The notes under the pieces are model-generated. The model made no database searches, was not told the origin of the DNA, and worked only from the letters and a program-made list of their open reading frames with translations. Made by a program: the position numbers and the translations under genes. A DNA stretch of 63,330 nt, counting the filler, from Circinaria calcarea (Eukaryota), in assembly GCA_051942165.1 (NCBI GenBank). It is 26 parts of 26 records of this genome, joined end to end, with 100 filler letters (N's around TTAATTAATTAA, not from the genome) between each part and the next. Parts side by side here need not be neighbours in the genome. Positions count along the whole stretch, not along the records: positions 12,255 to 14,603 come from JAVECS010003628.1; positions 14,704 to 17,050 come from JAVECS010003629.1; positions 17,151 to 19,497 come from JAVECS010003630.1; positions 19,598 to 21,938 come from JAVECS010003631.1; positions 22,039 to 24,378 come from JAVECS010003632.1; positions 24,479 to 26,818 come from JAVECS010003633.1; 20 more parts are not named here. One strand, 5' to 3'. Shown one piece after another: positions 12,255 to 25,734 of the stretch (positions are counted from its first letter, which is position 1; each line of letters starts with the position of its first letter).

Positions 12255-13609
12255 GGATACACCCACCCGTACCCCAACTCCTTGAGCGCCACCCCCACGA
12301 TCGGAAGCGTGCCGCACAGCCAGACGAGCACCCAAGTCCCCGTCGCAACCTTGGCGAGGAGGGATGTCCGGGCCCCCCCGGCACCACCATCTGGATCAGA
12401 AGAGCAGCGTCTCACGAGCCGCGAAACCGCCATCTCGAGCCCGACGCCGAGCGCTTGGATCCAGAAAAAGAGCGCCACGGACAGCCGGATCTGAGCGGTC
12501 GGGCGCGTGGCCGACAGGGGTTCTGGGGGCACGAGACCCATGTGCACGAGACCAGAGAAGAAAAACGCGGAGAGCGTGCGCAGGGCGTAGGCTGTGGTCG
12601 AATGAGGCGGGATTCCTAGGCGTGCGGCGAGGGCGCGGCCGGGCATCGAGGTTGGGTGGCGCATGGTTTGGTGCCACCATGTTCCCCAGAGGCCGCGGAG
12701 GCCTCGGTGCAGCACGGCAGAGACGGGGCCGAAGAAGAGAGGCCAGGTGTGCAGGCTCCAGGTCGTGGGGATGAGGTGCAGGGAGTTGGAGAGAACGAGA
12801 AGGGAGGTACCGAGGGCGCCGCCGAGGGTGATGGTGGCGTAGATTTGGGCGCCGAGGGCGGAGGAGCGGAGGAAGCGGGGGGCAATGTGCTGGAGGAGTG
12901 TGGTGGAGAGGAAGGGTGGGATGGTTGGAGAGAGGGGGAGAGGGGTGTCGATACCAATGTCTGCACGGGTGAAGTAGGGATCATGGTGGGAGTAGAAGGC
13001 TGCCGTGTCGAGGAGGATGTAGCTTTGGAGGATGATGCTGGCGGCCCGGCGGAGGAACGCGGGACGAGTTAAGCGGAAAGGGGGTTGGGTCTTGTCGTGG
13101 TGGGGGTCGTTGATTTTCCAGTAGGTGAGGCGGACGGAGGTGAGAAGGGTGAGGACCCAGCAAAGACGTCTGTAAAGCTCGTCTGGGTATGGCTCTTCCC
13201 AGGTTCCGGCGTCGTCATTGGCGGAGTTATTCGAAGTGCCTTTAATGGTGTAAATTAGAGGATTATTCTCCGGGGATTTGGCTTCAGGTGCTTCGGAGGG
13301 TGAGGGGGTTCGAAGGTGGATGCGCCTGTAGGTTCCCCGGCAGTCTTGCAGGGCAATGAGAACGGTGCTCCACAATGCGACGTTGGCGGATATGACATCG
13401 ATCCCGCCACCTCGGATCCAGGTATGGATGATGCAAGCATAGATGAGCGGAAGGAAGATGCATGAGAGTTGGAGTTGAGAAGCTCTGGAGGGAGGGATGA
13501 GTAGCGCGAGTGGGAGCAGGAATAACGGGATGAAGTAGCTGATACTGTTGGGGCCGGGGATGATGTGGAGGGTTAGATACTCGTAGGAGCGGGAGAGATG
13601 AGATGACAT
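12255..13609 (-). CDS. Membrane-bound O-acyltransferase (MBOAT_2/wax-synthase, Tri7-like); 3' partial
   Basis: Long hydrophobic ORF with WPLFFG...GLRGLWGTWWHQ and FFFSGLVHMG (putative catalytic His) motifs. Confidence 0.85.
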
Positions 13610-14703
13610 TCTTGAAAGGTAAGGTATAGGGAGTGAATTATCGTGACTTCAGCGGGCTGCATAGAGGGTAATTTCCCAGTGAACGCCGTCTATTTGGTGG
13701 CATTGGGCAAAGCAGTGTTTACGGCGGGAGGTGCATTTGTAGATTGTGGGAATCATGATTGGATTAGAGGCGTAGCTCTCGGATCCTTCCCCTTCGTAGA
13801 GAATCTAGCATCAAAAATTCGTCGGATATCATGATAAGCAAGTATGGCCGAAATGAAGCTTGTAATGAAGTACTGCTTGTTGCCTCTCATCAAGGATTGG
13901 TTCACGAGACTCCTCACTGACTCCGAGTCTTGGCCGAAATCTCATGTCCCGTACCATATTATCTACCAGGGCGGCACGGGCGGATTGAGAAGCTTATATT
14001 CCCTTCTCTACGTCAGTGATCAAGGTGGCATTTGTTTGTTAGACTCCCAGCTATGGCTGTGGAAACCCCAACCCCGACCAGCGATCATTTTGCATATGGA
14101 GATCAGGGAAGTAGTCAGGTACGGTTGAAGGGAACGATGTGTGCGGCTCTTCTTCCGCAATGGTCGCCCTTATTAGGATAAGGTACGATATGATACAGCT
14201 TCGACAGCGGTCCTCCGTATGAATGATGGAACGATTCGAAGACCACAACCAGATATACTAGGTGATTTTCTTGATGTCCGACTTACAGCAGATATGTCCT
14301 CTTTGGAATGAGAAACGCAGATGAAAATCTCAAGGATGCCAGTAGTACCAAAGGTGCGTGTGTGCGGGGAGGTTGAAGTTAGATTTCTCCACTCTCTTCC
14401 CACTCCACGTTTCCCAACCGTTTGTTGCGCCTCTTGACTGGGCCTGTTTCCATCCAAGTACGACAAAGTTCCATGTACACGGAGGACATACCTCGGAAAA
14501 TATGTGCAATCTCCCTGTGCCACAACGTTCCTGCACTCTAACCGTAACGCGGCCTCAAAACCTGGCAGTGTGGCTTGGCCACTAGACAGATTCCCTACTA
14601 GAANNNNNNNNNNNNNNNNNNNNNNNNNNNNNNNNNNNNNNNNNNNNTTAATTAATTAANNNNNNNNNNNNNNNNNNNNNNNNNNNNNNNNNNNNNNNNN
14701 NNN

Positions 14704-14775
14704 AGTACTTGCCAAGCCGACAGATAGAAGGAGGATTCCCAGGAGGACAGGCGTGTCGGGAAGTAGCGAGATCAT
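14704..14775 (-). CDS. Possible N-terminal signal/anchor of a gene truncated by the contig end
   Basis: MISLLPDTPVLLGILLLSVGLAST runs into the linker; hydrophobic leader only. Confidence 0.25.
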
Positions 14776-16144
14776 CTTGCCTCGCCGCGTTGCCTGAGAA
14801 GTGAGCTCGGGTGATAGGGCGATAGACACCAAGAAGTTCACCCCGGGGGTTTACATAGTTTCATGTACTTTGGAGAATCGACCGGATACATTTCGTCATA
14901 CTTGGAGGTTTTGGGTTGATCGGACTGGTCGTTCGTTGCCTAGATCTCCTTTCGGTTAAAAGGTCAAATTGATTCTTGTAAAGCGCTGATTTTCTCGCGC
15001 ATTCTCGGTCCAGATCTGCTGTAGGTATTGCGGGGGTCATGCAGGTCTCGAAGCGCTCCAGTTGTTAATTCGGGATGGATGCACCAAACAGAGTTTGATA
15101 TCAGCAATATGGAGTATGCAACGCCGAAGATGGGCATGTCGCCTCTCGTGCCCCATGACTATCTTCTCTAACAGGTGCCTGTCGATTACATCTCGAGCGT
15201 ATGTCGCGGCGAACTGCATGGCATCCTACATTGCTTGGCAAGGACGTCATCTGGAGGCAAGATGCTTTCGCACTTGCAGGACACACAACGGAGATGCACT
15301 TCGCGCATAAGGCACAACAGGAAGCTATTGGTAGGTGTAACGCACGACTATTCGCTTGAACGGCAAAGTAAAAGGGTCAATTAGGATCATCAAGTCCAAG
15401 AGGATGAGTTCTCGGACGATGTGAGAATGCATGCACAAGACTATTGAAGCGGGTAGAGGAACCGATCAAGGGGAGAAAAAGTAGCACTGCATTGACTTGG
15501 AAGCGTTACAGGAAACTAGGACCGGAGTTGCTGATCTCTCGCCGAATCCACTGGATTCACCCCCAATTCGGGTGGATCTTGGGAACGCATCATTCTAACC
15601 TAGCCATTTGCCTTGTTGGCTCTGAGGTCCGCCCTGAAACGTGATGGAAGCGAGCTTCGGAGGCAGTCTCAGATTTGGCTAGTCGAAGTCTCGAGTCAAC
15701 GGAGACGGACCACGCATGTGAGTTCTTCGGCGGTGCAGAGAACGCATCGGATTGGAGTGTGATAGATCAGCATCTTCTGCATGCAAAAGCTCCTGTCTCT
15801 ACATCAGCGTAGTTACTTTGAGTAGCCGACGATCTTGCACCCCACGCAACTTTAGGTCCATACTTAAGTTAACATGGATAAACGAAACCTCGATCCGGCT
15901 TAATATATGCCCTAAGTGACCTTTACTCTCGTCTTGATATCCGAAACTAACCCAACCCAGCGTGTGTATAATCACGAAAAACTTACTTGGGGCCCTCTAC
16001 TTCGGCAAACAAGTTGACGTCGAGGTTCGAAGATGAAAGAGAAAATCTTGATTGAGTCAGTACTATGCCCTAGAGCTTCCGAACATGGTACTTCCGGATG
16101 CCCTACCTTTTGACCTCGCTTAGGAAAAGGTCACGATTTCTCAA

Positions 16145-17050
16145 TCATTGCAACATGGGATCCAAACTCTCCCCCAAGATCCCTTCAATTCCCCTCACCC
16201 ACGCCCGAACCTCGGCCTCAACCTCCTCATCTCCGTCTTCGAGTGCTTCTGCAATGAAAGGTAACATCTCCGGTAGCAGGCTCAACCACTCTTCGCCCAA
16301 TTTCTCCATCAAGCTTACTTGACATCTCACAGCCGACAGTCGCGTTTGGGGGGCGTCTGAACGCAAAAAAACAAGTATACCACTGTTGAGGGATTTATGC
16401 TGGTCCGGAGAAGATGTGCTTGCTGCGAGAGACGTAAGGGCTTGGAGGAGAAAGGGTAAGGACGAGGTGTGCGGAAGGAGCGAGAGGAGGGCAGTGGAAA
16501 CAGGGGCGAAGCGCGCTGGGGATTGCCAAAATTCTAAAATAAAGAAGTGGTATATTAGCGGATTGGCCAAAGGAAGGAGAAACAGCCATACCGTCCTGGT
16601 CATGAGTGAAGCAGGCATTTAGGGTAAGGATGACGTTGTTGCAAAGCCTGAGAGAATCCGAGTTGGAAGAGGAGAAGGCCGTAAAGATTGAGACAGCGTC
16701 TTCGATGACGAAGCTGGCGTAAGTAGTGACAATTGACTAAACTGATTGTCAGGAAGAGATGATCATTATTCTGTAGCGTCGAAAACGAACCTTCAATGTA
16801 TCGAAGAATGTGTGTAGAAACTTGTACCACGTTGTTTGTCGATGTACTCTCGATTTTTTATCCTTTACAGAGTGTGTGGTGGTGGCCCACTCGAGCATCT
16901 TGGTAAAGACTGGTCTAAAGTTGGCATCGTTGAGTTTGTATATCATCTTGATGGCAACTTGATTGACAGACTCCTCCACCTGATCAACCTCTTCGTCGTC
17001 ATAGCTATCATCGGTCCGAGGACTGAATTGGATGCGCCTGAGATCAAAAA
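16145..17050 (-). CDS. UTP10: U3 snoRNA-associated protein Utp10 (BP28CT/HEAT C-terminus), 5' partial; introns 16790-16737 and 16591-16534
   Basis: MIYKLNDANFRPVF, FFDTLK|SIVTTYA, HDQD|EFWQSP and LGEEWLSLLPEMLPFIAEALEDGDEEVE...LGESLDPMLQ*. Confidence 0.92.
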
Positions 17051-18983
17051 NNNNNNNNNNNNNNNNNNNNNNNNNNNNNNNNNNNNNNNNNNNNTTAATT
17101 AATTAANNNNNNNNNNNNNNNNNNNNNNNNNNNNNNNNNNNNNNNNNNNNAAGCTAGAAGCCCTAGGAAGCAATCCACCGTCCGGACCGTTGGTGAATAG
17201 CATCTTGAGGTATACGGTGTGTTATGCCACGATACTTGCTTGTAATAATTTTGGCGAGCAGATGCACGTCTTTTGCGTTTTCTCCCTTCTAATTTGCCTC
17301 AGTCCATTTTTAAATTTTTTTCAGGCTCAAGTGCAAAAGTGAGCGTGTAGTGAGTAAGCGAGCTTTCAAGAACACAGAATATCTGGTACTGTGGATCTTC
17401 AAAAGTACATAATTAGCTTTCTCGGCTGTAATTATGTTCAACCTCTTTACCTATAATGTGACTCCTTTATCTTGCCGAAGGGTAGATGTATTGAAGGCCG
17501 GCACGGTTCGAGTGCCTCATCAGCGAACCCATTATTAACCACCTTCTAAAGAAATAAAATATAGGAAGAATGCTCAAGGTCAAAGTACATATTTCATCTT
17601 TGTGAAGTTGCACCTCTCGCAGCTATCATTTAACGTGCAGAAGAGCCTTCCAGGAATGTCGTATTGTGAGCCATGATCCCCTTCGGAAAGAATAAGCCCC
17701 AACCCGAGTTCAGCTACCTCTACTCTATCCCCAAACCTCCGTCTCCTCTTTCTACATGTCTTTCACCTCTCGGTCAGTGGTGGCTCCGAGAAGACAATCT
17801 GACCGTGTCGTCATTGCAATCAGCTCCCTTTCCCCCTTCTCGATCCCTCGAGACCCGACACTTTCTATATCGGATGAAGCCCGCGCTGCTGACGATTCTA
17901 CTCCCGTTTTGTCCCCTTTGGTGCTTTTGTGGCTGGGTTGAGTGTCGGTTCTCGATGCGTGTTGGGAAGAATGGGTTGGTTGGGACAGGGGAATAAATAG
18001 AGGTAGGAGCCTGGGACCTTTGGTGGTGGACGGAGAGGTAGTGTGTCGTAGGTCCGGGATTCCTTATCAAGTCGGTAATCTGGATTTTGATTGGTTGGAT
18101 TGATTCAAAGGTAGTTTCTGATTCCATTCACTTGTACTACCTATCTGCGCAACGGCCTATTTGATTTAAAACAGAAAGTTTGTCAGGGGGTTAATGGGTA
18201 GTAGGAGGAGGAGGAGGAGCAGGTAATCGAGATCGAGGGGCGCAATCACAGAGAGACAAGGTAAGGAAGAAGCATGACCTGAGACGGTCGGTGGATGTAG
18301 GGGCAAGCTATCATCTATCTTGTACTCTGACGTGGGAAAACTCCCAACGGTATCTGTGCCGGCCCCTTACCGGATAGGGAAAAAAGGGAACACGGGAAAG
18401 CGGAAAGGGGATGGTATTGCTTGTGTTGCAAGCGGGGGATGGCCGAGAGGTAGACCGAGAAAGAGGGAAGGGAAGTGAGGGTAGGGGCTGGGATTCTGGT
18501 GGAAGGGGGCTTAGGGGTCTGTGAGCAGAACGTAGGATGCTATCGGGGGGAACGAAAAGAGATGAACTACTCGGACGGCAGTGAAGGAAAAAAAAGGGGG
18601 GAGGGCCGCGAAGGGAGTGGATCTGATGCTCCCGGATCGGAAAAGGAGTCTGGAGCTAGATTGGACAGGGAAGGAGGGTGAACGAATAGGTTGGTATTGT
18701 TGAATGAAACGTTCGGAGAATCCATGTAGACTAGAGAAAGGATGTGTCCATGGGCGATGAGACCGATGAGGGGGCAAACCGACATCACCGTGCTCTTCTA
18801 AGCTTGCACTGGCACACGGGAATGCCTGCCAGTTCTAAACATGCCAATCCTGTCCTTTCAGACCTCAAAGTGGACAGACTTTCGATACAAGGGTAGGCGC
18901 TTTGCAGCAGCAGGTTGATAGGGTTCATCATGATAATCTAGCGGTACAATGGATGCATCATCTAGTATTAATCATACCATCTT

Positions 18984-19497
18984 CTACCGTACAATAGCAC
19001 CCTTTAGACTTTTCACCGTACACGCTCCCCCTGAACTCGTAACTAGCTTTCCGAGCCCCCTTTGTCCTGCCATCGCTTCCCCTTGCAGCTGCGGTACAAA
19101 GTTCACGTCAAACGCCACGCCTAGGTTCTCCATCGTCGTGAATCCAGGCTGAATGGTTTCCCATACCTTCTTCTTCGGATTCAGCACTCCCTCGGGCTCA
19201 CCCTGCCATCCTTCAAAGTAGACTCTCTCACCGGCTTTTGCGTCCTTGGGCGGATTGACCAGTTCCACGGGTCCGGCATGTTTATCTTCTTCGCCGTCGG
19301 CCAGACGTGGTGACGCAGCAAGAACCATGGCCGCGGATTTGATACCTCGCATAGTGACCGGCTTGAGATTGCACACCGCCACGATTTTCCGGTCTTGCAT
19401 CTCCTCAAGAGGGATTAAGCCATTGAGACCAGAACAAACCGTGCGGACGACCTGGCCTTCATATTCGGAGGTGTTTTCCGTACCAGGCGGGTCACCG
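18984..19497 (-). CDS. ARC1: tRNA-aminoacylation cofactor Arc1 (EMAP II-like tRNA-binding OB domain); 5' partial
   Basis: RTVCSGLNGLIPLEEMQDRKIVAVCNLKPVTMRGIKSAAMVLAAS...LNPKKKVWETIQPGFTT. Confidence 0.85.
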
Positions 19498-19629
19498 NNN
19501 NNNNNNNNNNNNNNNNNNNNNNNNNNNNNNNNNNNNNNNNNTTAATTAATTAANNNNNNNNNNNNNNNNNNNNNNNNNNNNNNNNNNNNNNNNNNNNATT
19601 ACGGCCTAAATCAGTAGATTTCTCACAAG

Positions 19630-21938
19630 ATGGCAAAGTACGCGGCCGGCCATCCAGTCAAACATGACCCTATGGACATAGAAATTGAGTCCCCGAATTT
19701 TGCGTGTCGCGGGCCATCTTTGGGGAACAAGCCGTTCAACGAAGAAGGATTTGATGGTAAGCTCGATGTACAAGTACCAGTTAGAGGCATAAAGGAGTTA
19801 CCCTATTTCTGATCAATTGAGTTGAGCTCAGGTAAAACAGCATCCCGCCACTCGACCGTGACTCTAGACCAGTATCCATGGGGTCTGCCAGATCCGACCA
19901 CTGACAGCGGCTTGAATATCCTAGGTGGAGACATGAAAAGGCTCATCAACGGTATTCAGAAACTCAGACACATTGGAATCGAAGATCTTGATGTCCCATT
20001 ACCCAAGATAGTCGTAGTGGGCGACCAGAGTACAGGGAAGAGCTCTTTGATAGAGGGCATGAGGTGAGCTTCTCACATGGGCGACTCCAAGCCATCAGCC
20101 TGCTAACATAAGGTATAAGTGAGATTAAGGTACCCCGTGAAGCAGGTTGTTGCACCCGTGTAAGCTGTGAGACTGCGAATTTGCTCTCTAGAGTTACTAA
20201 TGACAACAGTGCCCACTTGAGATAATTTTAGCGGAAAGCGAAAACGAAGTCCCATGGGTTTGTAAGGTCTTTCTCCACAAGAAGTACGTCTATGAAGGTA
20301 CACAAGATACCACAGAGGACGGTGCATCGGATGACAAACCTTTGGGACCCTGGACAGTCCAAAATCCAGAAGACTATCTGTTTGCCACTACCATAAAAAA
20401 GAACGAAGTTGAAGGAATCTTGAAGTGGGCCCAACTTGCAACTCTAAACCCTAGTGAGTCATACGAGAAGTACAAGCCGGGCAAGAATGGTGGGACTTCA
20501 CACACGATACAAGTCAAATTCTCTCCGAACGTTGTTCGAGTTGACGTAGGTGATCCAGAAGATACTGCTGGGGACCGCATCTGATTGCGGCAGATATCTG
20601 GTCCTGGTCTCCCGAACCTATCGTTCACCGATCTTCCAGGGGTTATAAACGACCCAGAAATAGTGAGTGTTTAGCCTTTGAGAGGGACCGCGTTTATGAT
20701 GTTGAATATATATGTGGTCCTCTAGGAAGACGAGCGATATCTGATCATGCTGGTCAAGAATCTTGTCAAAGACTACATCCGCGCCGACAGCTCTATCAAT
20801 CTGTTAGCCCTGCCCATGACTACTGATGCGACAAATTGCACTGCAGCAGGTATTGTCAAAGAAGTTCGTGCCCAAGATAGAACGATTGGTCAGTAAGAAG
20901 GTGTTTGTCCTCAATGCACGAACTTATACCTTGTTAGGTGTTCTCACTAAACCCGACAAGCTCGACAAGAACGATCTTACTCAATGGATTTCTATTCTTG
21001 AAGGCCAGAAGTTCAAGTTGGGGTTTGGATACTTCGTTGTGAAGAACAATCCGGATGCAAATGTGGACCATTTGACTGCTCGAACACAGGAGGAATACTT
21101 TTTTGAAAATGAATTCACTACCGCGCTGCAGAAGTACAAGAATCAGTTTGGTACCAAAAAGTTACAGGCCGCTCTATCTCAAAGGTTAACTTCTAAAATC
21201 AAAACTAGGTACTGTTGCCTATAATGACATTATTGCGGCCCAATGAATACAAAGCTGACGTGGCTCTCCCAGCCTTCCGCGGATTGAGAAGCAGATCAGC
21301 CATAAAGCTGCTGTGGTCATAGCGGAACTCGCCACCTTGCCCGAGGAACCTAAAGGCAATCTCCAGTTAATTGTCCACACCAAGATCTCGGATTTTGCCC
21401 GTGAGCTCCAGATGCATATAGACGGAGGATCGGAGGATTGCCCTTTCCAATTTGACTGGAACAAGCTGGCGCTGCGGTTTCGAAAATCGATAGCCGAGTC
21501 GCGCCCAATGTTTTTGCTGACTACTACCTCAGCGAAGCATGTCAATCGAATGCCGCAAAGTAACCCAGCAACGCCATGCCGTGGTGGAAGGAACGCTCCT
21601 ACCGTCATAAGCGATTCTGATGACAGTGTCCGTAGGAAGCCCCCACCTACAAAGACTCCAAAGAAGCGAGAGCGAGTACTTGATGTGGCTGAACCGCTTA
21701 CACCAAATAAACACCCCAGAACAGACGAACCCTTTTTCCATAAGGGTACGTAATTACTATTGCGGTTGATTCTTCCAACCTGCTAAAGTCATTTAGGCCA
21801 ACCACACCAATTTTCCCTAGAGGAAATTAGAAATGTCATCCGTGTGGCATATGTTGAGCTTCCTGGCCAGATTCACCCCAGATCCATAGAGCGGATGATC
21901 CGGATCTCAATTCAACACTGGGAAAATTTGACAACACG
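19630..21938 (+). CDS. Dynamin-superfamily GTPase of the divergent Mx-like fungal type, multi-exon; 3' partial
   Basis: G1 LPKIVVVGDQSTGKSSLIEG, G2 VPREAGCCTRCP, G3 FTDLPG, G4 GVLTKPD, followed by a helical middle domain. Many GT-AG introns. Confidence 0.88.
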
Positions 21939-22038
21939 NNNNNNNNNNNNNNNNNNNNNNNNNNNNNNNNNNNNNNNNNNNNTTAATTAATTAANNNNNN
22001 NNNNNNNNNNNNNNNNNNNNNNNNNNNNNNNNNNNNNN

Positions 22039-22248
22039 TTGGATGATATGTATGACCAGGCTAGGGATGTGGACGAGAGGCTTGGGATTACCGTCTTGAC
22101 TGGCAAGGCTTTGGAGAAAGCAAAGAAAAAGAACAAAAGTGCCAAAGCAGCGGGTGGACGTCAGACAGACGGGAGTACACCCGATAAAGCTGGCCATCGC
22201 CTACTATCACAAAGAGGAGTAGAAGTTGCTGCAGCCATGACGATGTAA
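22039..22248 (+). CDS. C-terminal fragment of an unidentified protein; 5' partial
   Basis: Open from the contig edge to TAA with a plausible composition (LDDMYDQARDVDERLGITVLTGKALEKAKKK...). Confidence 0.4.
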   Translation: MDDMYDQARDVDERLGITVLTGKALEKAKKKNKSAKAAGGRQTDGSTPDKAGHRLLSQRGVEVAAAMTM

Positions 22249-22622
22249 AGTGCTATGGTACGAAGAGCAATCGAGAAACCACAGATTTGGACAGGGTCAT
22301 ACAAGTCAATCTACTGAGGCTCGTACAGCATGGGAAATGATACCAATGTAAGATCCCATCTCCCTCAAAATCCAGAAGCTTCTTCATATAGCAAGTGCTG
22401 ATCCATCTCTCTTCATATTCAGGGGCTTCAGAACGTAGGTTGCAGTATATGAGATGAAGACCTACCTGCGTAGTGGCAGTCAAAGCTTATCGACTCTCGA
22501 TTTAATCTTAGAACTGACCATATCGCCGCCACTCTACTTTGTTACAATATCTCAAAGTATATGGGTATGAGAGCTTTTCCCCTGCCATTCCATCACTCCT
22601 AGTGTGCCGAGTCATACACTCA

Positions 22623-23272
22623 CTACTTGAGCCATGGCTCCTTCTGGTATTCATCTATGAATTTTATATACTCATCCCCGCCATTGTTCCACCCCTTGAT
22701 CCCATCCAAAAGTATACCACTTCCCATGGACGAGTCCTGCTGATCCTGAAGGTAATTAGCGAACCAGCCCGCGGCACGAGTCCGTCGCCCTCGAGATGAT
22801 CCTGAGTAGGCAGACATAAATCACAAAATTCTTTCCCACCCAGCCAGATTGCTCAAACAAAAGGAAGGGAGACACTGACCGCAATATCAAATCACCTTCT
22901 CCACCTCAGCCGCCGCACAAAGTGTCTATAAGCTTGGGATCGAAGGACACAGGCTCTGCGCCGGGTAGATTGATCGATCCACGAATCCTTCCTCCCTATC
23001 AATGCTTCCTTCAATATCAACCCAAGAGAGACCCCTCTTGCATGAGAAAAGTTGTGTGCATCACTCACCTCGTGATTATTCCTCCGCAAATCAACAAGCA
23101 CGAAATCTTTGCCGGCCAAACTTTCCCTCACGGAATAGCCGGAGTAGCTCCTGGCGAGACACCGACGGGGGGGATCTGTACCCCTCGGCGGTGGATACAC
23201 CTGGTTGCCATGGAGGAGCTTGCTTTTTCTGCTTTGGGGGGCTTTTCCGGGAGTCTCTGCAGAAAGGGACAT
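22623..23272 (-). pseudogene. Cdc25-like rhodanese/arsenate reductase (Acr2/Ibp1 family) pseudogene
   Basis: Family fragments lie in shifting frames: APPW..YPPPR, SVSRQELLRLF, GKDFVLVDLRR, GGxIRGSINLP, VI*YC|GSSRGRRTRAAGWF, GIKGW. TGA replaces W just before the active-site Cys (22887-22889), there is a second in-frame TAG, and there are several frameshifts. Confidence 0.8.
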
Positions 23273-23990
23273 GATGATTTGTCTTTGCGAACCCGACCTC
23301 CTTTAGAACCCAGGGTTTTTATTTAGGAAATCAAAAAAAACTCTCAAATCTTTATTGCCCCCCTTGTTCAATTGTGTGCATTGAAAAAGAAAAAGGAACC
23401 TTCTTGTAAGATCTGTTCTTGGGGCTACAAATAAATCTCCCCACGTTGAAGGTATGTTTTCTCTTTTATTATCAATACACCAATGTGACGAATGAATCCT
23501 CAAAAAGTTATTGTGTAGCTTTGTGGGAAAAAGTCCCCCCCCGATCCGTGAAGGCCGTTTGAGCCAAAATTTTCGACCATTCAGAAGCGCGTAGTGACAT
23601 ACCGCATATCCAATTAGCCATCCAATTAGCCCCGAAAAAGTCCTCTACCTTAGGTACATGGAGACCGAGATGGGCTTTACTCCCTATTTGCTTGGTGATA
23701 CTAGCTGGCTTCCCTGGTGGCTACCAAGGGTCAAATGCTGGGACCAATCATCACCGAGGGGTGACATTCACGGTTTGGAAGCAATCCCCCGAATCTCCCG
23801 CCTGCCACACCGTTGGGGGGGGGGGAAGAAAGGCATTAATCTATTCTATTTGGTCGCTTACTGGGCCAGTGATGTACCTATCAACTCGTAGAATGAACCT
23901 CACGACAGAAATACTTCCGCCAATAGTCTCGATTCGGTACCCCAGCGCAGACGGTCTCCCCTCCCCGCAACCCTACCGCAAGCTTCTTAC

Positions 23991-24378
23991 CTAAAAGACC
24001 AGCGTATCCCACATCTGATTCGAGAATCTCGCCTTCAGATCCCCAAGCCCCCAGCCCTGCATGACCCCAATCTCCGCCAGCACATCCTTGAACTCCCGAA
24101 TCTCCTCCTTGTACGCCACCTCCTTCAGGAAAACCTTTGCCTCCGTGCCACCCATCTGCAAGCTCGTCCACTCCTTTGCCCAATGCGGGCGTACCTTGGG
24201 ATTCGCCCCGATGCCCTTGCCGGCTGCACCCTCCTTTACATTGACCGTCGGGCAACCCGCCCACTTCTCGTACACCTTCTGGCAAAACCCCTCCCATTCG
24301 CCATCGGTCACGGCGTCCGGGACGGTGAGAATCTCGATGCTAGCGGTGCCGAGGGTGTTGCCGCGCTGGGGCGCCAGG
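23991..24378 (-). CDS. FAD-linked oxidoreductase C-terminus (ALO/lactone-oxidase-like); 5' partial
   Basis: LAPQRGNTLGTASIEILT...VRPHWAKEW...RFSNQMWD. RPHW(A/G)K is the typical C-terminal motif of this family. Confidence 0.7.
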
Positions 24379-25734
24379 NNNNNNNNNNNNNNNNNNNNNN
24401 NNNNNNNNNNNNNNNNNNNNNNTTAATTAATTAANNNNNNNNNNNNNNNNNNNNNNNNNNNNNNNNNNNNNNNNNNNNAAACATGAAACGCAACATACTG
24501 AAAAACCGAAACACAGCCAAAAGGCCACACCAAAGTAACCAGTCGGATACTGTGTATATTTAGAATCTGTAAATTTACGCTGCAATACATGAAACCTGAA
24601 AACGTAAAAACCAACCACTGAAAACCGAAACCGCAAACACTGCCCCCGCCCCTCCCCCCTCCAAAAAAAAGTCCGAGCACCCAGCAACCCGCCACCGTAG
24701 TCCGCATCGAGGGAATTCCCAAAAACCTATCTGACCCATCCCCCTAAAACGAAAACGAGAAATAAATAAAATCGGGGAGGTTTTTCCCTCCCCTTTCCGT
24801 GACTGATTGATAAATTCCTTGAGAGGAGAAAGGGGGGAGGATAGTTAGCTGGCCGTGCCTTGCTCAATTTTTCTGGTTTTGTTGGAAGAATCCGCGTGTC
24901 GACTCAGTTCCAAGTCCGTCCCCAGTTCCCGAGATTCAGATCTCCTGGACATAGTTCTGGGCGGAGGAAGAGTGAGGTACTTATACCTGTCCCTCGGGGC
25001 CCTCCGGGGGAAAGTAGGAAAAGTGGGGATGCTCAAACCACCCGCTGCGATCTATTCTGTCTCCTCCTCCTACCATACCCGCTACCACGACCCCCTATCA
25101 CGAATCAAAAAACCCACAAAATCACAAATCAAGAAACCAACACAGTAAAAGTAACCCGCCTACGGAGTACGAATCCCCCAAAAGCGCGCGATTCGATTCG
25201 CCAGAAACGGAAACAGAAACAGAAACAAAGAACAAAAAGCCCCAGATAGATAGAGTACGGGGGTTCGGGTTTCAACGATATTACAACTAAACCACCCGAA
25301 ACTCAGAACTTCTCGGTATTGATGGATTCGATCTTCTCGAATAACGTGTACCAACCCAACCAAACCCAACCACACGGATGGATGGGATAGATGGATTGAG
25401 GGATATACCGAATTTCGAAAGTTTAGAGTACTGTAGCCGGCCTAATTTCCCAGCTGGGGGGAAAAATTTTAAAAGAGAAAGAGATGGAGAATTTGAATTG
25501 CAGCATTTGGGTCTAGTATCCAGTGGAATTTACACATACATGTTTCGCTCTATAGGCTTTCACTGATATGGTATCGTGGGTATCTCCAAAAAAAAGATGT
25601 CAAAATCAAATGCGCCCCATTCACAATGCAAGGGCCAGAAAGAAAGCGGCCTCCTAGGCCACGGGCCCGGAAAAAAAAACCCCCAGTCATATTCTGACAG
25701 CAACAGTCATCTTATACTCCCTTCATCCATTCAC

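Noticed and set aside
12282..13072. Several long overlapping ORFs within the MBOAT gene
   Set aside because: Shadow frames of a GC-rich coding region with no family motifs.
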